Assembly: GCA_004356305.1 (NCBI GenBank)
Contig: SMXJ01000035.1
Coordinates: 1 to 38,361, forward strand
DNA: 38,361 nucleotides
From: Bacteroidota bacterium
Lineage (GTDB): Bacteria; Bacteroidota; Bacteroidia; Flavobacteriales; Flavobacteriaceae
Reading direction: 5' to 3'
Every line of letters begins with the position of its first letter. Position 1 is the first letter of the stretch. The position numbers and the translations under genes were made by a program. The notes below the pieces were generated by a model. The model was not told the DNA's origin, made no database searches, and saw nothing but the letters and a program-made list of their open reading frames with translations. Of the stretch, positions 8,135 to 17,765 are shown one piece after another.

Positions 8135-9999
8135 GAAAACTATTACTCCTATCGATCGTTCTAATTACCGGAGTTGTTTTCGTCGGTCGGTTATTCTATT
8201 TGCAAATTTATGATACTTCATTCCAAAGTCTTTCCGAAGATAATGCCATAAATGTTGTTTATAATTATCCCCAACGCGGTTATATATTTGATCGAAATGG
8301 GGAACTTTTGGTTTCCAACCAACCCTCTTATGATGTGATGGTCATTCCCAGAAATGTAAAATCCCTGGACACTTTGGAGTTTTGTGAATTATTAAAAATC
8401 ACTACGGAAGAATTTAAATCAAAACTGAAAAAAGCTCGTGTTTATTCTCCTCGATTACCGTCGGTAGTGATTCCTCAATTAACCAAATCCGAATATGCTT
8501 CTCTTTCGGAAAAATTATTTAAATACAAAGGGTTTTACATTCAGAAAAGATCTTTACGCGATTATCAGGTAGATCACTCGGCGAACGTTTTAGGCTATAT
8601 TTCCGAAGTAAATGAAGCCATTCTCCAAAAGAATTCATATTACCAAATGGGAGAGATCATTGGAACAGGGGGTGTTGAGAAACAATATGAGAAAGTACTT
8701 CGCGGTGTGAAAGGTGTAAAATACATACAGAAGGATCGTTTTAATCGGGATATTGGATCCTATAAGAATGGTAGGTTCGACACTCTTCCCGTGCGTGGAA
8801 ACGATATTTTACTAACCATCGATAAGGTATTGCAGGAATATGGAGAGGCATTAATGCAAAATAAACGCGGTGGAATAGTAGCTTTGGAACCAGCCACCGG
8901 AGAGATATTGGCCTTGATAGCAGCTCCTAATTATGACCCCGGTTTGTTGGTAGGTCGCCAACGATCTAAGAATTTTACCAAATTATACTACGATACCATA
9001 GCAAAACCCTTATTCGATAGAGTACTCTCCGGCGAATACCCCCCGGGTTCTCCTTTTAAGGCTTTGACGGCACTGATTGGACTACAGGAAGGAGTGATCG
9101 ATATTGATGAAAAGATCTCATGTAATGGTGCGTACCATTATGGTGGTAAAAAACCACTGAAATGCCATCATCATAGAAGTCCGTTGAGCATGATCGGTGG
9201 CATTGCCAACTCTTGCAACAGTTATTTCGCGACTGTATACCGTAGGACTATTGACCATTACCCTACGCCTCAGGAAGGGATCGATAACTGGAAACGTCAT
9301 TTGAATAGTTTCGGTTTGGGGCAATATTTGGGATATGACCTGCCTTCAGGGAGGCCCGGAAAGATACCGGGTTCGGAAACATATAATGCTATGTACCAGT
9401 ATCCAAAATACAAGTGGTACACTCCGGCAACCATTTCCAATGCCATAGGACAAGGGGAAGTATTGATGACTCCTATGCAAATGGTAAATTTCATATCCGT
9501 CATTGCTAACAGAGGATGGTATTACAAACCCCATATCCTCAAAAATGTAATAGGCGCCGATACCATCCCCAAACAGTACACTACTAAGATTATAACAACC
9601 ATTGACCCGGTGCATTTTGAACCTGTGATCGAAGGCCTGTTCGATGTGTACAACTACGGAACCGCTTCGCATCTTAAGGTTAAAGGAATTGAAATTTGTG
9701 GCAAGACCGGAACTTCCGAGAACTATACCAAAATAAATGGCAAGCGTACTCAGTTGACAGATCATTCGGTCTTCGTGGCGTTTGCTCCAAGGAACAATCC
9801 TAAAATTGCTGTTGCCGTATTTGTTGAGAATGGTTATTGGGGATCGCGTTGGGCGGGACGAATCGCCACCCTAATAATCGAAAAATATATAAATGGCGAG
9901 ATCACCCGTACTGATCTGGAAACCTATATCCTCGATGGTAGTTTGGAGGAAGAATACGCCAAACCCTACAGCGGTGAACCCTTTTTAATCAATCAATAA
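8131..9999 (+). CDS. mrdA: Penicillin-binding protein 2
   Basis: PQRGYIFDRNG dimerisation domain; SxxK (PGSPFK), SxN (SCNSYF) and KTG (GKTGTSE) transpeptidase motifs. Confidence 0.95.
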   Translation: MRKLLLLSIVLITGVVFVGRLFYLQIYDTSFQSLSEDNAINVVYNYPQRGYIFDRNGELLVSNQPSYDVMVIPRNVKSLDTLEFCELLKITTEEFKSKLKKARVYSPRLPSVVIPQLTKSEYASLSEKLFKYKGFYIQKRSLRDYQVDHSANVLGYISEVNEAILQKNSYYQMGEIIGTGGVEKQYEKVLRGVKGVKYIQKDRFNRDIGSYKNGRFDTLPVRGNDILLTIDKVLQEYGEALMQNKRGGIVALEPATGEILALIAAPNYDPGLLVGRQRSKNFTKLYYDTIAKPLFDRVLSGEYPPGSPFKALTALIGLQEGVIDIDEKISCNGAYHYGGKKPLKCHHHRSPLSMIGGIANSCNSYFATVYRRTIDHYPTPQEGIDNWKRHLNSFGLGQYLGYDLPSGRPGKIPGSETYNAMYQYPKYKWYTPATISNAIGQGEVLMTPMQMVNFISVIANRGWYYKPHILKNVIGADTIPKQYTTKIITTIDPVHFEPVIEGLFDVYNYGTASHLKVKGIEICGKTGTSENYTKINGKRTQLTDHSVFVAFAPRNNPKIAVAVFVENGYWGSRWAGRIATLIIEKYINGEITRTDLETYILDGSLEEEYAKPYSGEPFLINQ

Positions 10000-11255
10000 T
10001 GATATCTGCCTCTAGAAATGTAAAATTCGATTGGCTTACGATCTTGTTGTTCGCCGCACTGGTGATCGTGGGGTGGATCAATATTTACTCTGCTTCCTTG
10101 AGCGACATAGGGGGTGTATTTGTGGATTTTGATCAGATCTATTTCAAACAGATCATCTGGATAGGATTAAGCATCATCCTGATCATTTTTATATTGGCGC
10201 TCGACTCAAAGTTTTACGAACGATTTGCAAGTATTATCTACCTTATCTCCCTGGTTTCGTTACTATTATTGTTTCCCTTCGGAAAAGAGATCTCAGGTGC
10301 TACATCATGGTATTCATTCGGTGGTATAAGTATACAACCAAGTGAATTTGCGAAAGCTGCTACCGCTTTGGCTTTGGCTAAATACCTAAGTGATATACAA
10401 ACCAGTATGAACCGGTTTAAGCATCAATTAAAAGCATTCGCGATAATCGCTTTACCCGTTTTACTGATCATTCCACAGCCTGATCCGGGAAGCGCTTTGG
10501 TGTTCAGTATTTTCATATTTACTATGTACCGGGAAGGATTGCATTTTGCGTATTTGCTTTTAGGTTTTTTTGCTGCGCTCTTGTTTATAGGCACATTGAC
10601 TTTGGGTGTAACCTGGGTGGCCATAATTGTGCTATTGATCGCCGTGGCTATTTATATAAAAAATAGGAAAAAACGCCCCAATATCTTAAAATATAGCACC
10701 ATATTAATTGCCTGTATCGGCTTTGCCTTTTCTGTAAATTATATATTTAACAACGTCTTTGAACAACGGCATAGAGACCGATTCAATATTGTACTAGGAA
10801 AAGAAATAGACGTAAAAGGAATTGGTTATAATACAAATCAGAGCGAGATCGCCATTGGTAGTGGTGGCTGGACAGGAAAGGGCTGGACACAGGGAACACA
10901 GACCAAAGGAAACTTCGTTCCGGAACAACACACCGACTATATTTTTAGTACCGTGGGTGAAGAATGGGGGTTTCTGGGTACGGTCCTGGTTGTTCTATTA
11001 TTTCTTGCGCTCATCGTCAGGGTTCTGGTGTTGGCGGAAAGGCAGCGGTCGAAATTTAGTCGGATCTATGGCTATAGTGTCGCGGCGATTCTTTTCGTTC
11101 ACTTTTTTGTGAATATTGGGATGGTAACCGGCTTGTTGCCTACCATTGGGATCCCTTTACCTTTCTTTAGTTATGGCGGTTCTAGCCTTTGGGGTTTTAC
11201 TATTCTGCTTTTTATTTTTGTACGCTTGGATGCTGCCAATTATTATTATACCTGA
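9999..11255 (+). CDS. rodA: Rod shape-determining protein RodA (SEDS glycosyltransferase)
   Basis: IQPSEFAK, QPDPGS, QSEIAIGSGG, PEQHTDYIFS..GEEWG, GIPLPFFSYGGSS; TAATG stop/start overlap with mrdA. Confidence 0.95.
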   Translation: MISASRNVKFDWLTILLFAALVIVGWINIYSASLSDIGGVFVDFDQIYFKQIIWIGLSIILIIFILALDSKFYERFASIIYLISLVSLLLLFPFGKEISGATSWYSFGGISIQPSEFAKAATALALAKYLSDIQTSMNRFKHQLKAFAIIALPVLLIIPQPDPGSALVFSIFIFTMYREGLHFAYLLLGFFAALLFIGTLTLGVTWVAIIVLLIAVAIYIKNRKKRPNILKYSTILIACIGFAFSVNYIFNNVFEQRHRDRFNIVLGKEIDVKGIGYNTNQSEIAIGSGGWTGKGWTQGTQTKGNFVPEQHTDYIFSTVGEEWGFLGTVLVVLLFLALIVRVLVLAERQRSKFSRIYGYSVAAILFVHFFVNIGMVTGLLPTIGIPLPFFSYGGSSLWGFTILLFIFVRLDAANYYYT

Positions 11256-11417
11256 TCCGATCATCGAATATCAATTTACGGCTTGCCGCGTACGCTGATA
11301 TCTTCACCAAATGCCACAGGATAATTGATTTTGCATTACGATAAAGAGGCGAGCATTTTTTTATAAACTGTGGGGCGTAAAAAAACAATACTAAGGCGTT
11401 TTTGATAAGTGATCTGT

Positions 11418-12572
11418 TCACTGGTTTTTCACATCCAACACATCCCTAAGTGCATTCCCTATCAACATAAAAGCGGTTACCAAACACATGATCGCCAGCC
11501 CGGGGATCACAGCCAGATAAGGCTTTCCTAAAATAATATAAGCGTAATGGTCCTTTATAATTCCTCCCCAACTAGGTATTGGAGGCTGAGCCCCTATACC
11601 AAGAAAACTCAAGCCACTTTCAATCAGGATGGCACCGGCAAAATTGGCCGCAGAAATAATAATTACGGGCGACAAACTATTGGGTAATATATGTCGGGTT
11701 ATGATACGCCAATTTGAAAATCCCAGCGCTCTGGCGGCGGTCACGTATTGCATTTCTTTTACACTCATCACCTGTCCTCTCACTACACGCGCTACTTCAA
11801 CCCACATGGTCAATCCCACGGCTATAAAAACCTGCCAGAAACCTTTCCCAAGCGCCAATGTGATCGCAATAACAAGTAATAAAGTGGGGATGGACCAGGT
11901 TACATTAATGAGCCACATTATGGCTGCGTCAACCTTTCCTCCGTAATAGCCGGCGATGGCCCCTAAAGATATCCCGATCAGAAGTGAAATAAACACTGCT
12001 ACGAAGCCAATTGCCAGCGATATGCGAATCCCGATCAACATACGACTCAATAGATCACGGCCGTATTTGTCGGTACCTAGTATAAATTTTTTTTCTGAAA
12101 CATAGGTTGACGGTATGGCCTCGACCGAATTGATTTCAGGGAAAGCCGAAAGAAGGTATTCCTTCACCAAACCCGCATTTCCATCGGTAGCATATTCAGT
12201 AATAACAATACCATTTTCGGTCAATCTATAACCGGAAATTGGAACTTCGGTGGCTGTTGTTTTCTTTCCGAAGAAAAATACAGAAAAACCATTCTGCTTT
12301 TCAACCTTTGAAGGAACCGTAAGCATTTGCACTTCAAATCCCGGTTGTTTTGAGTGGACAGACAAGTGCATCTGATTTGCATTTTGAGATTTATCCGGCG
12401 CTAATGCATAGGCGAAAATAGCAACCAGAGTGCAGATCACTAAAAAAGAAAAACTGGAAACGCCCCAAAAGTTTTTCTTGAACTTATGGAGCGCTTTTGC
12501 CGTTAACCCTCCTGCACTTTTACTCGTGTCTTGGTTATTCTTGGGAGGGGTTGTTGATGATGCTGCTTTCAC
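11418..12572 (-). CDS. Peptide/nickel ABC transporter permease, DppC/OppC family
   Basis: LGTDKYGRDLLSR, EAA-like loop YVTAARALG, RHILPN, ESGLSFLGIGAQPP.PSWG, GNALRD; carries an extra periplasmic loop; start uncertain. Confidence 0.9.
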   Translation of the reverse strand: MKAASSTTPPKNNQDTSKSAGGLTAKALHKFKKNFWGVSSFSFLVICTLVAIFAYALAPDKSQNANQMHLSVHSKQPGFEVQMLTVPSKVEKQNGFSVFFFGKKTTATEVPISGYRLTENGIVITEYATDGNAGLVKEYLLSAFPEINSVEAIPSTYVSEKKFILGTDKYGRDLLSRMLIGIRISLAIGFVAVFISLLIGISLGAIAGYYGGKVDAAIMWLINVTWSIPTLLLVIAITLALGKGFWQVFIAVGLTMWVEVARVVRGQVMSVKEMQYVTAARALGFSNWRIITRHILPNSLSPVIIISAANFAGAILIESGLSFLGIGAQPPIPSWGGIIKDHYAYIILGKPYLAVIPGLAIMCLVTAFMLIGNALRDVLDVKNQ

Positions 12573-12591
12573 ATCGTAAATGTAGCTAAAA

Positions 12592-14769
12592 TTAATTTTT
12601 TATCTCGGCCACTTTTCCTCTTCTGATGTTATTCAATTTTAAATCTTGCAAAACATTCACGGCTTCTTCTATATATATATCTCCGGCCAAATTTTTGTGC
12701 CATCTTTTGCGCTTTTCCCTTAAGATCGTATCCTGTTTCATCCTCACCAACTCATAAGGGAGTGAACTATAGTTCAATTTGTTGTCGTATTCATCGATAG
12801 CATCGAACTTTTTGGTTTCTTCTTTTCGTTGTTTGATCCCGGCCATATAGGCATCAAAATTGAGATTTACAATATTTTCATCGCGGTTCTTTTTGATCCA
12901 TCTGGCATTTTCATCGATCAGACTCAATTGAACACTTTTTGCCATGCGGGCTTTACTTCGATTAATCGTTCCTTCAAAGTCGATGTATCCATCCCAAACC
13001 TCATAGATTGCCGGGGAAATTTTATCGTACGGCAACGGATTGTCATAATCCCGTTCCCCTATGTCGATATAGCTGTATCGATCCGGCATAACCACATCAC
13101 TTTTTACACCTTCGAGTTGAGTAGAACCACCGTTTACCCTATAGAATTTTTGAGTGGTCAATTTCAACGCACCCATGTCCCCCATATCGCTCTTGCGAAG
13201 CCACTGGTTGAGATCCACCATATTTTGAACGGTTCCCTTTCCGTAGGACTGCTCACTTCCAATAATAATTCCCCGTTTGTAATCTTGCATCGCGGCAGCC
13301 AATATCTCGGATGCCGAGGCTGACAGCTCATTCACCAATATCACTAACGGCCCATCCCAAACCACTTCTTTATCTTCATCTCTCAAAACTTCTTTTCGAT
13401 TTCCTCCGCTTGCAACTTGCACTATCGGGCCGTCCACAATAAACAATCCTGCAATATCGACAGCTGTTTTTAACGATCCTCCACCATTACCACGAAGGTC
13501 CAAAATCAGGCCTTCCATACCTGCTTTTTTAAGGCTTATGACCCCATTTTTTACATCTCTGGCCGCGTTTCGCTCTCCATAGTCTTTCATATCGAAGTAA
13601 AAGGCCGGTAGATTGATAAGACCATACTTTTTATCATCTTTTCCGATAACGGCAGATTTGGCGAAGGTCTCTTCCAATTCAACTATATCTCTGGTAATGG
13701 TCTCTTCTTCAACGGTGCCATCAACTCGCTTCACGGTAAGAGTCACTTTGGTACCTTTGGGTCCTTTGATAAGCTTCACAGCATCGTCTACGCGCATGCC
13801 TATAATACTTACCGGTTCCGATTCATCTTCTTGCTTCACTTTTATTATAACATCACCCACTTCAAGGTGCTCACCACGCCAAACGGGACCTCCGCTTATT
13901 ATTTCTACCACTCTTATGTAATCATTTCTCTTTTGAAGACGAGCCCCAATTCCTTCCAACTTCCCGCTCATTCTCAGGTCGAAAACATCTCTTTCAGGAG
14001 GCGCGAAATAATTAGTATGTGGATCGAATTCTTCTACGAAAACATTTAAAAACTGGGCGAAATAATCCTTGCGTTCCAGGTCGTCCACAAACTCATAATA
14101 TTCGTCCAGAGAGGTCATGGAAATTTCCCGTGCCTTCACCTCCAACTCAATCAATGTCAATTTTGCATTTTCGCTTTCTATGAACTCTTCACCTTTACTA
14201 AAGGCGTATTTCTTATCTGCTTCGGAAATTCTCTTTTCATCTACAAGATCATAATAATTCGAGATCGTAGAGAACTTCAACTGCTTTCTCCAACGTTCTT
14301 TCATTTCCTTTTTGGATGATACATATCCAATTTCTTCATAATCCACGTTGATGACTTCTTCTAAGGAATAGTCGAAAACGGTATTTAAAATTTCCTTGTA
14401 GAGTTTTTTCGATTCAATCTGTCTTTTTGAATAGCGTTCAAATACCAAATTGAAAAAAGAAAGATCCTTATTTCGTATTTGATCGTCTATTTCAGTTTCA
14501 TATATACTAAAATCTTCAAGGTCTGAAGCCAAAAAATAACGCTTCAATGGATCCATCGTGTTGATGAAATCTTTATATACCCCGGCAGAAAAGACATTAT
14601 CCATCTCCTTGGGGTCATAATGGCCTTTCTCAAGCACGTAAGTGATCAAGTCTATGAGAAGCTTGTCTTTATCGGGATCGTTAAATTCCTTGGTAGTAAA
14701 ACTGCATGAAGCCACAGCCACAAATACAGCAAGCAATAAAACATTTAAGTTCTTTTTCATTAAGCGCAT
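12592..14769 (-). CDS. prc: Carboxy-terminal processing (tail-specific) protease, S41A
   Basis: DPHTNYF, PDZ (GIGARL..IKGPKGTKVTL), LDLRGNGGGSL, SASASEI (catalytic Ser), SYGKGTVQ, STQLEGV. Confidence 0.93.
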   Translation of the reverse strand: MRLMKKNLNVLLLAVFVAVASCSFTTKEFNDPDKDKLLIDLITYVLEKGHYDPKEMDNVFSAGVYKDFINTMDPLKRYFLASDLEDFSIYETEIDDQIRNKDLSFFNLVFERYSKRQIESKKLYKEILNTVFDYSLEEVINVDYEEIGYVSSKKEMKERWRKQLKFSTISNYYDLVDEKRISEADKKYAFSKGEEFIESENAKLTLIELEVKAREISMTSLDEYYEFVDDLERKDYFAQFLNVFVEEFDPHTNYFAPPERDVFDLRMSGKLEGIGARLQKRNDYIRVVEIISGGPVWRGEHLEVGDVIIKVKQEDESEPVSIIGMRVDDAVKLIKGPKGTKVTLTVKRVDGTVEEETITRDIVELEETFAKSAVIGKDDKKYGLINLPAFYFDMKDYGERNAARDVKNGVISLKKAGMEGLILDLRGNGGGSLKTAVDIAGLFIVDGPIVQVASGGNRKEVLRDEDKEVVWDGPLVILVNELSASASEILAAAMQDYKRGIIIGSEQSYGKGTVQNMVDLNQWLRKSDMGDMGALKLTTQKFYRVNGGSTQLEGVKSDVVMPDRYSYIDIGERDYDNPLPYDKISPAIYEVWDGYIDFEGTINRSKARMAKSVQLSLIDENARWIKKNRDENIVNLNFDAYMAGIKQRKEETKKFDAIDEYDNKLNYSSLPYELVRMKQDTILREKRKRWHKNLAGDIYIEEAVNVLQDLKLNNIRRGKVAEIKN

Positions 14770-14859
14770 ACCATCATTTTATTTAAGGACACCTAAAATA
14801 TATGAAAAACCGTGCCAATACAGTACAATGATATTAATTTTTTGTTAAACAAATGCTGA

Positions 14860-14894
14860 AAATTCGGAAATAAGAATTTAGAATTCAGAATTAA
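14860..14894. repeat. Degenerate heptamer tandem tract (GAATTHA-like x5)
   Basis: AAATTCG GAAATAA GAATTTA GAATTCA GAATTAA, directly upstream of the surE -7 box. Confidence 0.5.
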
Positions 14895-14900
14895 TAAATG

Positions 14901-14908
14901 TACTTTTG
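14901..14908 (+). promoter_or_regulatory. -7 box upstream of surE
   Basis: TACTTTTG 19 nt before the ATG at 14928. Confidence 0.6.
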
Positions 14909-14927
14909 TCGTAGTGAAACCTCCTGC

Positions 14928-15704
14928 ATGTCTTCTAACAAACCCCTTATTTTAATCACTAATGACGATGGAATTACCGCTCCGGGTATTCGCGCTTTAA
15001 TAGAAGTGATGAACAAACTGGGAGAAGTTTATGTGGTTGCCCCCAGCTCCCCTCAAAGTGGAATGGGTCACGCCATTACCATAAATGACACCTTATATTG
15101 TGATAAAGTAGTGATTGATAAAAACGCCCCGCAAGTGGAGTATAGCTGTAGCGGGACCCCCGCAGACTGCGTAAAATTAGCCACTAGAGAAATTCTAAAA
15201 CGCAAACCCGATCTTTGTGTGAGTGGTATCAATCACGGGAGTAATTCGTCCATAAATGTTATTTACAGCGGTACCATGAGTGCAGCGATAGAAGCCGGAA
15301 CTACCGGGATCCCGTCTATCGGATTTTCGTTACTCGATTATTCCATGGAGGCAGATTTTGGACCCGTGAAGAAATTCGTGAAAATTATCGTCCGGCAAGC
15401 TTTACAAAATGGAATGCCGAAAGGTGTTGTACTGAATGTCAATTTTCCCAAATTAGCCGAAAAAGACATAAAAGGAATTAAAGTCTGTCGCCAGGCCAAT
15501 GCGCATTGGATCGAGAATTTCGACAAGCGTACGAATCCGTTGGGGAGAGACTATTATTGGCTTACGGGTGAATTTATTAACGAAGATAAAGGTGAGGATA
15601 CAGATGAATGGGCGTTGCAACAGGGCTATGTGGCCGTGGTGCCGGTACAATTCGATCTAACGGCTTATCACGCGATAACGGATATTAATTCTTGGGACTT
15701 ATAG
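14928..15704 (+). CDS. surE: 5'/3'-nucleotidase SurE
   Basis: ILITNDDGI, VVAP..QSGMGH, GTPADCV, SGINHG.N, YSGTMSAA; start moved to MSSNKP. Confidence 0.96.
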   Translation: MSSNKPLILITNDDGITAPGIRALIEVMNKLGEVYVVAPSSPQSGMGHAITINDTLYCDKVVIDKNAPQVEYSCSGTPADCVKLATREILKRKPDLCVSGINHGSNSSINVIYSGTMSAAIEAGTTGIPSIGFSLLDYSMEADFGPVKKFVKIIVRQALQNGMPKGVVLNVNFPKLAEKDIKGIKVCRQANAHWIENFDKRTNPLGRDYYWLTGEFINEDKGEDTDEWALQQGYVAVVPVQFDLTAYHAITDINSWDL

Positions 15705-15706
15705 GA

Positions 15707-15994
15707 ATGAAGAAAGAAATTTTAACAGGTTTTTTAGTGGGACTCATCGGTAATTCTTTAGGAATTATTCTTTGCTCTTTTATAATCTCAAAATTGAAAG
15801 GTCAGGGTTTTACTGAAACCTTTAACTTGTACTTAAATTCGAGTAATTTATGGATGTTGATCTCCTTAGGAGCCCTGCCCAATTTGGCCGCATTTTTTGG
15901 TTTCCTACGTATCAATAGAGAATATAGGGCCCGGGGGGTGTTAATGGCCACTTTCGTAGCAGCGATAACTGCTTATTTGATTTATTTTTTATGA
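15707..15994 (+). CDS. Small hypothetical membrane protein (about 3 TM)
   Basis: MKKEILTGFLVG...LGALPNL..FF..YRARGVLMAT; tightly packed between surE and lpxB (ATGA overlap with lpxB). Confidence 0.75.
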   Translation: MKKEILTGFLVGLIGNSLGIILCSFIISKLKGQGFTETFNLYLNSSNLWMLISLGALPNLAAFFGFLRINREYRARGVLMATFVAAITAYLIYFL

Positions 15995-17112
15995 AATACT
16001 ACCTAATAGCCGGTGAGGCTTCCGGAGATTTACATGGAGCCAATTTAATAGCCGCCATACGAAAGAAAGATGCGGAAGCGCACTTTCGGTATTGGGGTGG
16101 CGATCTAATGCAGGCCGAAGGTGGTACGCTCGTAAAACACTATCGTGAATTGGCTTTTATGGGATTCGTGGAAGTTATTTTCAACTTACGGACTATTTTT
16201 AAAAACTTAGCCCTCTGTAAAAAAGACATAGAGGGCTTTCGGCCGGATGTGATCATTTTTATAGACTATCCCGGTTTCAATATGCGCATTGCCGAATGGG
16301 CAAAGAAAAATGGCTTTGCGACCCATTATTATATTTCTCCACAAATATGGGCATGGAGGGAAGGCCGTATCAAAGCTATAAAGCGTGATGTGGATGCGAT
16401 GTATGTGATCCTTCCCTTCGAAAAAGAGTTTTACGAAAAGAAACACAACTTTCCGGTGAATTTCGTGGGACATCCATTGATAGATGCCATTGTTAAAAGG
16501 GAACAAGTAGATCCCGAAATATTCAGAAAAGAAAACGGGCTTGATGATCGTCCTATAATTGCATTGCTTCCCGGAAGCAGAAAACAAGAAATTTCGAAGA
16601 TGCTTCAGGTGATGCTATCGGTCACAGAAGATTTTTCAGACTACCAATTCGTTATCGCCGGAGCACCGAGCCAGGCGGCTTCGTTTTATTCCGGATTTAT
16701 TCAAAACAACAATGTTCATTTACTTCTGAATAAAACTTATGACCTGCTGAGCCTGTCAACCGCGGCTTTGGTCACATCGGGGACAGCTACATTGGAAACG
16801 GCATTGTATAAAGTACCACAAGTAGTTTGTTACAAAAGCAGCCGTGTATCCTACGAAATTGCCAAACGGGTGATCAATTTGAAATATATTTCACTGGTTA
16901 ATCTTATCCTGAACAAACCTGTGGTGACCGAATTGATCCAATCCAATTTTAACACCAAGCGTCTTAAGGAAGAGCTCACCAAAATTTTAGACGATTACCA
17001 TCGCGCTGTGTTATTCTTAGACTATTATGACCTGGAAAATGATCTTGGGGGCAAAGGAGCGAGTAAAAAAACGGCGAAATTAATCGTGGAATCCATACTT
17101 AAAACCAAATAA
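15991..17112 (+). CDS. lpxB: Lipid-A-disaccharide synthase
   Basis: IAGEASGDLHGA, IDYPGFN, YISPQIWAWR, ILPFE, FVGHPL, LLPGSR..EI, SGTATLE. Confidence 0.96.
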   Translation: MKYYLIAGEASGDLHGANLIAAIRKKDAEAHFRYWGGDLMQAEGGTLVKHYRELAFMGFVEVIFNLRTIFKNLALCKKDIEGFRPDVIIFIDYPGFNMRIAEWAKKNGFATHYYISPQIWAWREGRIKAIKRDVDAMYVILPFEKEFYEKKHNFPVNFVGHPLIDAIVKREQVDPEIFRKENGLDDRPIIALLPGSRKQEISKMLQVMLSVTEDFSDYQFVIAGAPSQAASFYSGFIQNNNVHLLLNKTYDLLSLSTAALVTSGTATLETALYKVPQVVCYKSSRVSYEIAKRVINLKYISLVNLILNKPVVTELIQSNFNTKRLKEELTKILDDYHRAVLFLDYYDLENDLGGKGASKKTAKLIVESILKTK

Positions 17113-17204
17113 TTTCTCGGTATAAAAAATAGGAACTCAAGGATTCGGGAAGAGATTTAGAAAATTTTTTATAATTTTAGCTAAACCAAATCTACTTTCG
17201 TTCA

Positions 17205-17702
17205 ATGAAAAGAATCCTCCTACTAGCGCTGTTTGGGTTAATCCTAAGTTCGTGCGGCTCCTCCCGAAAAACGACAGATACCATTATTATTGGAAATTCG
17301 AAGACTTCCGTTTCTTCCGGGAAGATATCCAAAGTAATCAAACATGCTAAGACATTTGAAGGAACTCGTTATAAGTTTGGAGGAACGGACAAACGAGGAA
17401 TGGATTGCTCCGGTTTGGTGTATGTTTCTTTTAAAGAAGAACAGATCGTGCTTCCCAGAATCTCGCGTGATATGGCCAAAAAAGGCCTTCGAATTAAACT
17501 CAAAGAATCGAAAGAAGGCGACCTGGTATTCTTCCGAACTGATAAAAACAAAAATGTTATCAATCACGTAGGCCTCGTTTTGGAAAACAAAAAAGGAGTG
17601 ATCACATTTATCCATTCTACCACTTCCAGAGGGGTGATCGTTTCCTCTATGGAAGAAAAATACTGGAAAAACGCTTTCGTCCAGGTACGTCGCATGATTT
17701 AA
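17205..17702 (+). CDS. NlpC/P60 (C40) peptidase lipoprotein
   Basis: Lipobox LSSC; YKFGG..GMDCSGLV, LPRIS, GDLVFF, HVG and FIHS catalytic motifs. Confidence 0.92.
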   Translation: MKRILLLALFGLILSSCGSSRKTTDTIIIGNSKTSVSSGKISKVIKHAKTFEGTRYKFGGTDKRGMDCSGLVYVSFKEEQIVLPRISRDMAKKGLRIKLKESKEGDLVFFRTDKNKNVINHVGLVLENKKGVITFIHSTTSRGVIVSSMEEKYWKNAFVQVRRMI

Positions 17703-17765
17703 ATTTGTACTTTTATAGTTCTCCCCCACAGTTGATCTTATCACAAAGAAATTGACTGTTTGAGG

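Noticed and set aside
2659-12572. Two orphan ABC permeases (MacB-like and DppC-like) without ATPase genes
   Set aside because: Scattered ABC components are ordinary in flavobacterial genomes; the partners are probably elsewhere.
17244-17744. 166-aa antisense ORF over NlpC/P60, and similar shadows such as 12829-13323, 9346-9765 and 20474-20899
   Set aside because: They lie opposite well-supported genes and have no motifs; this is expected from codon bias.
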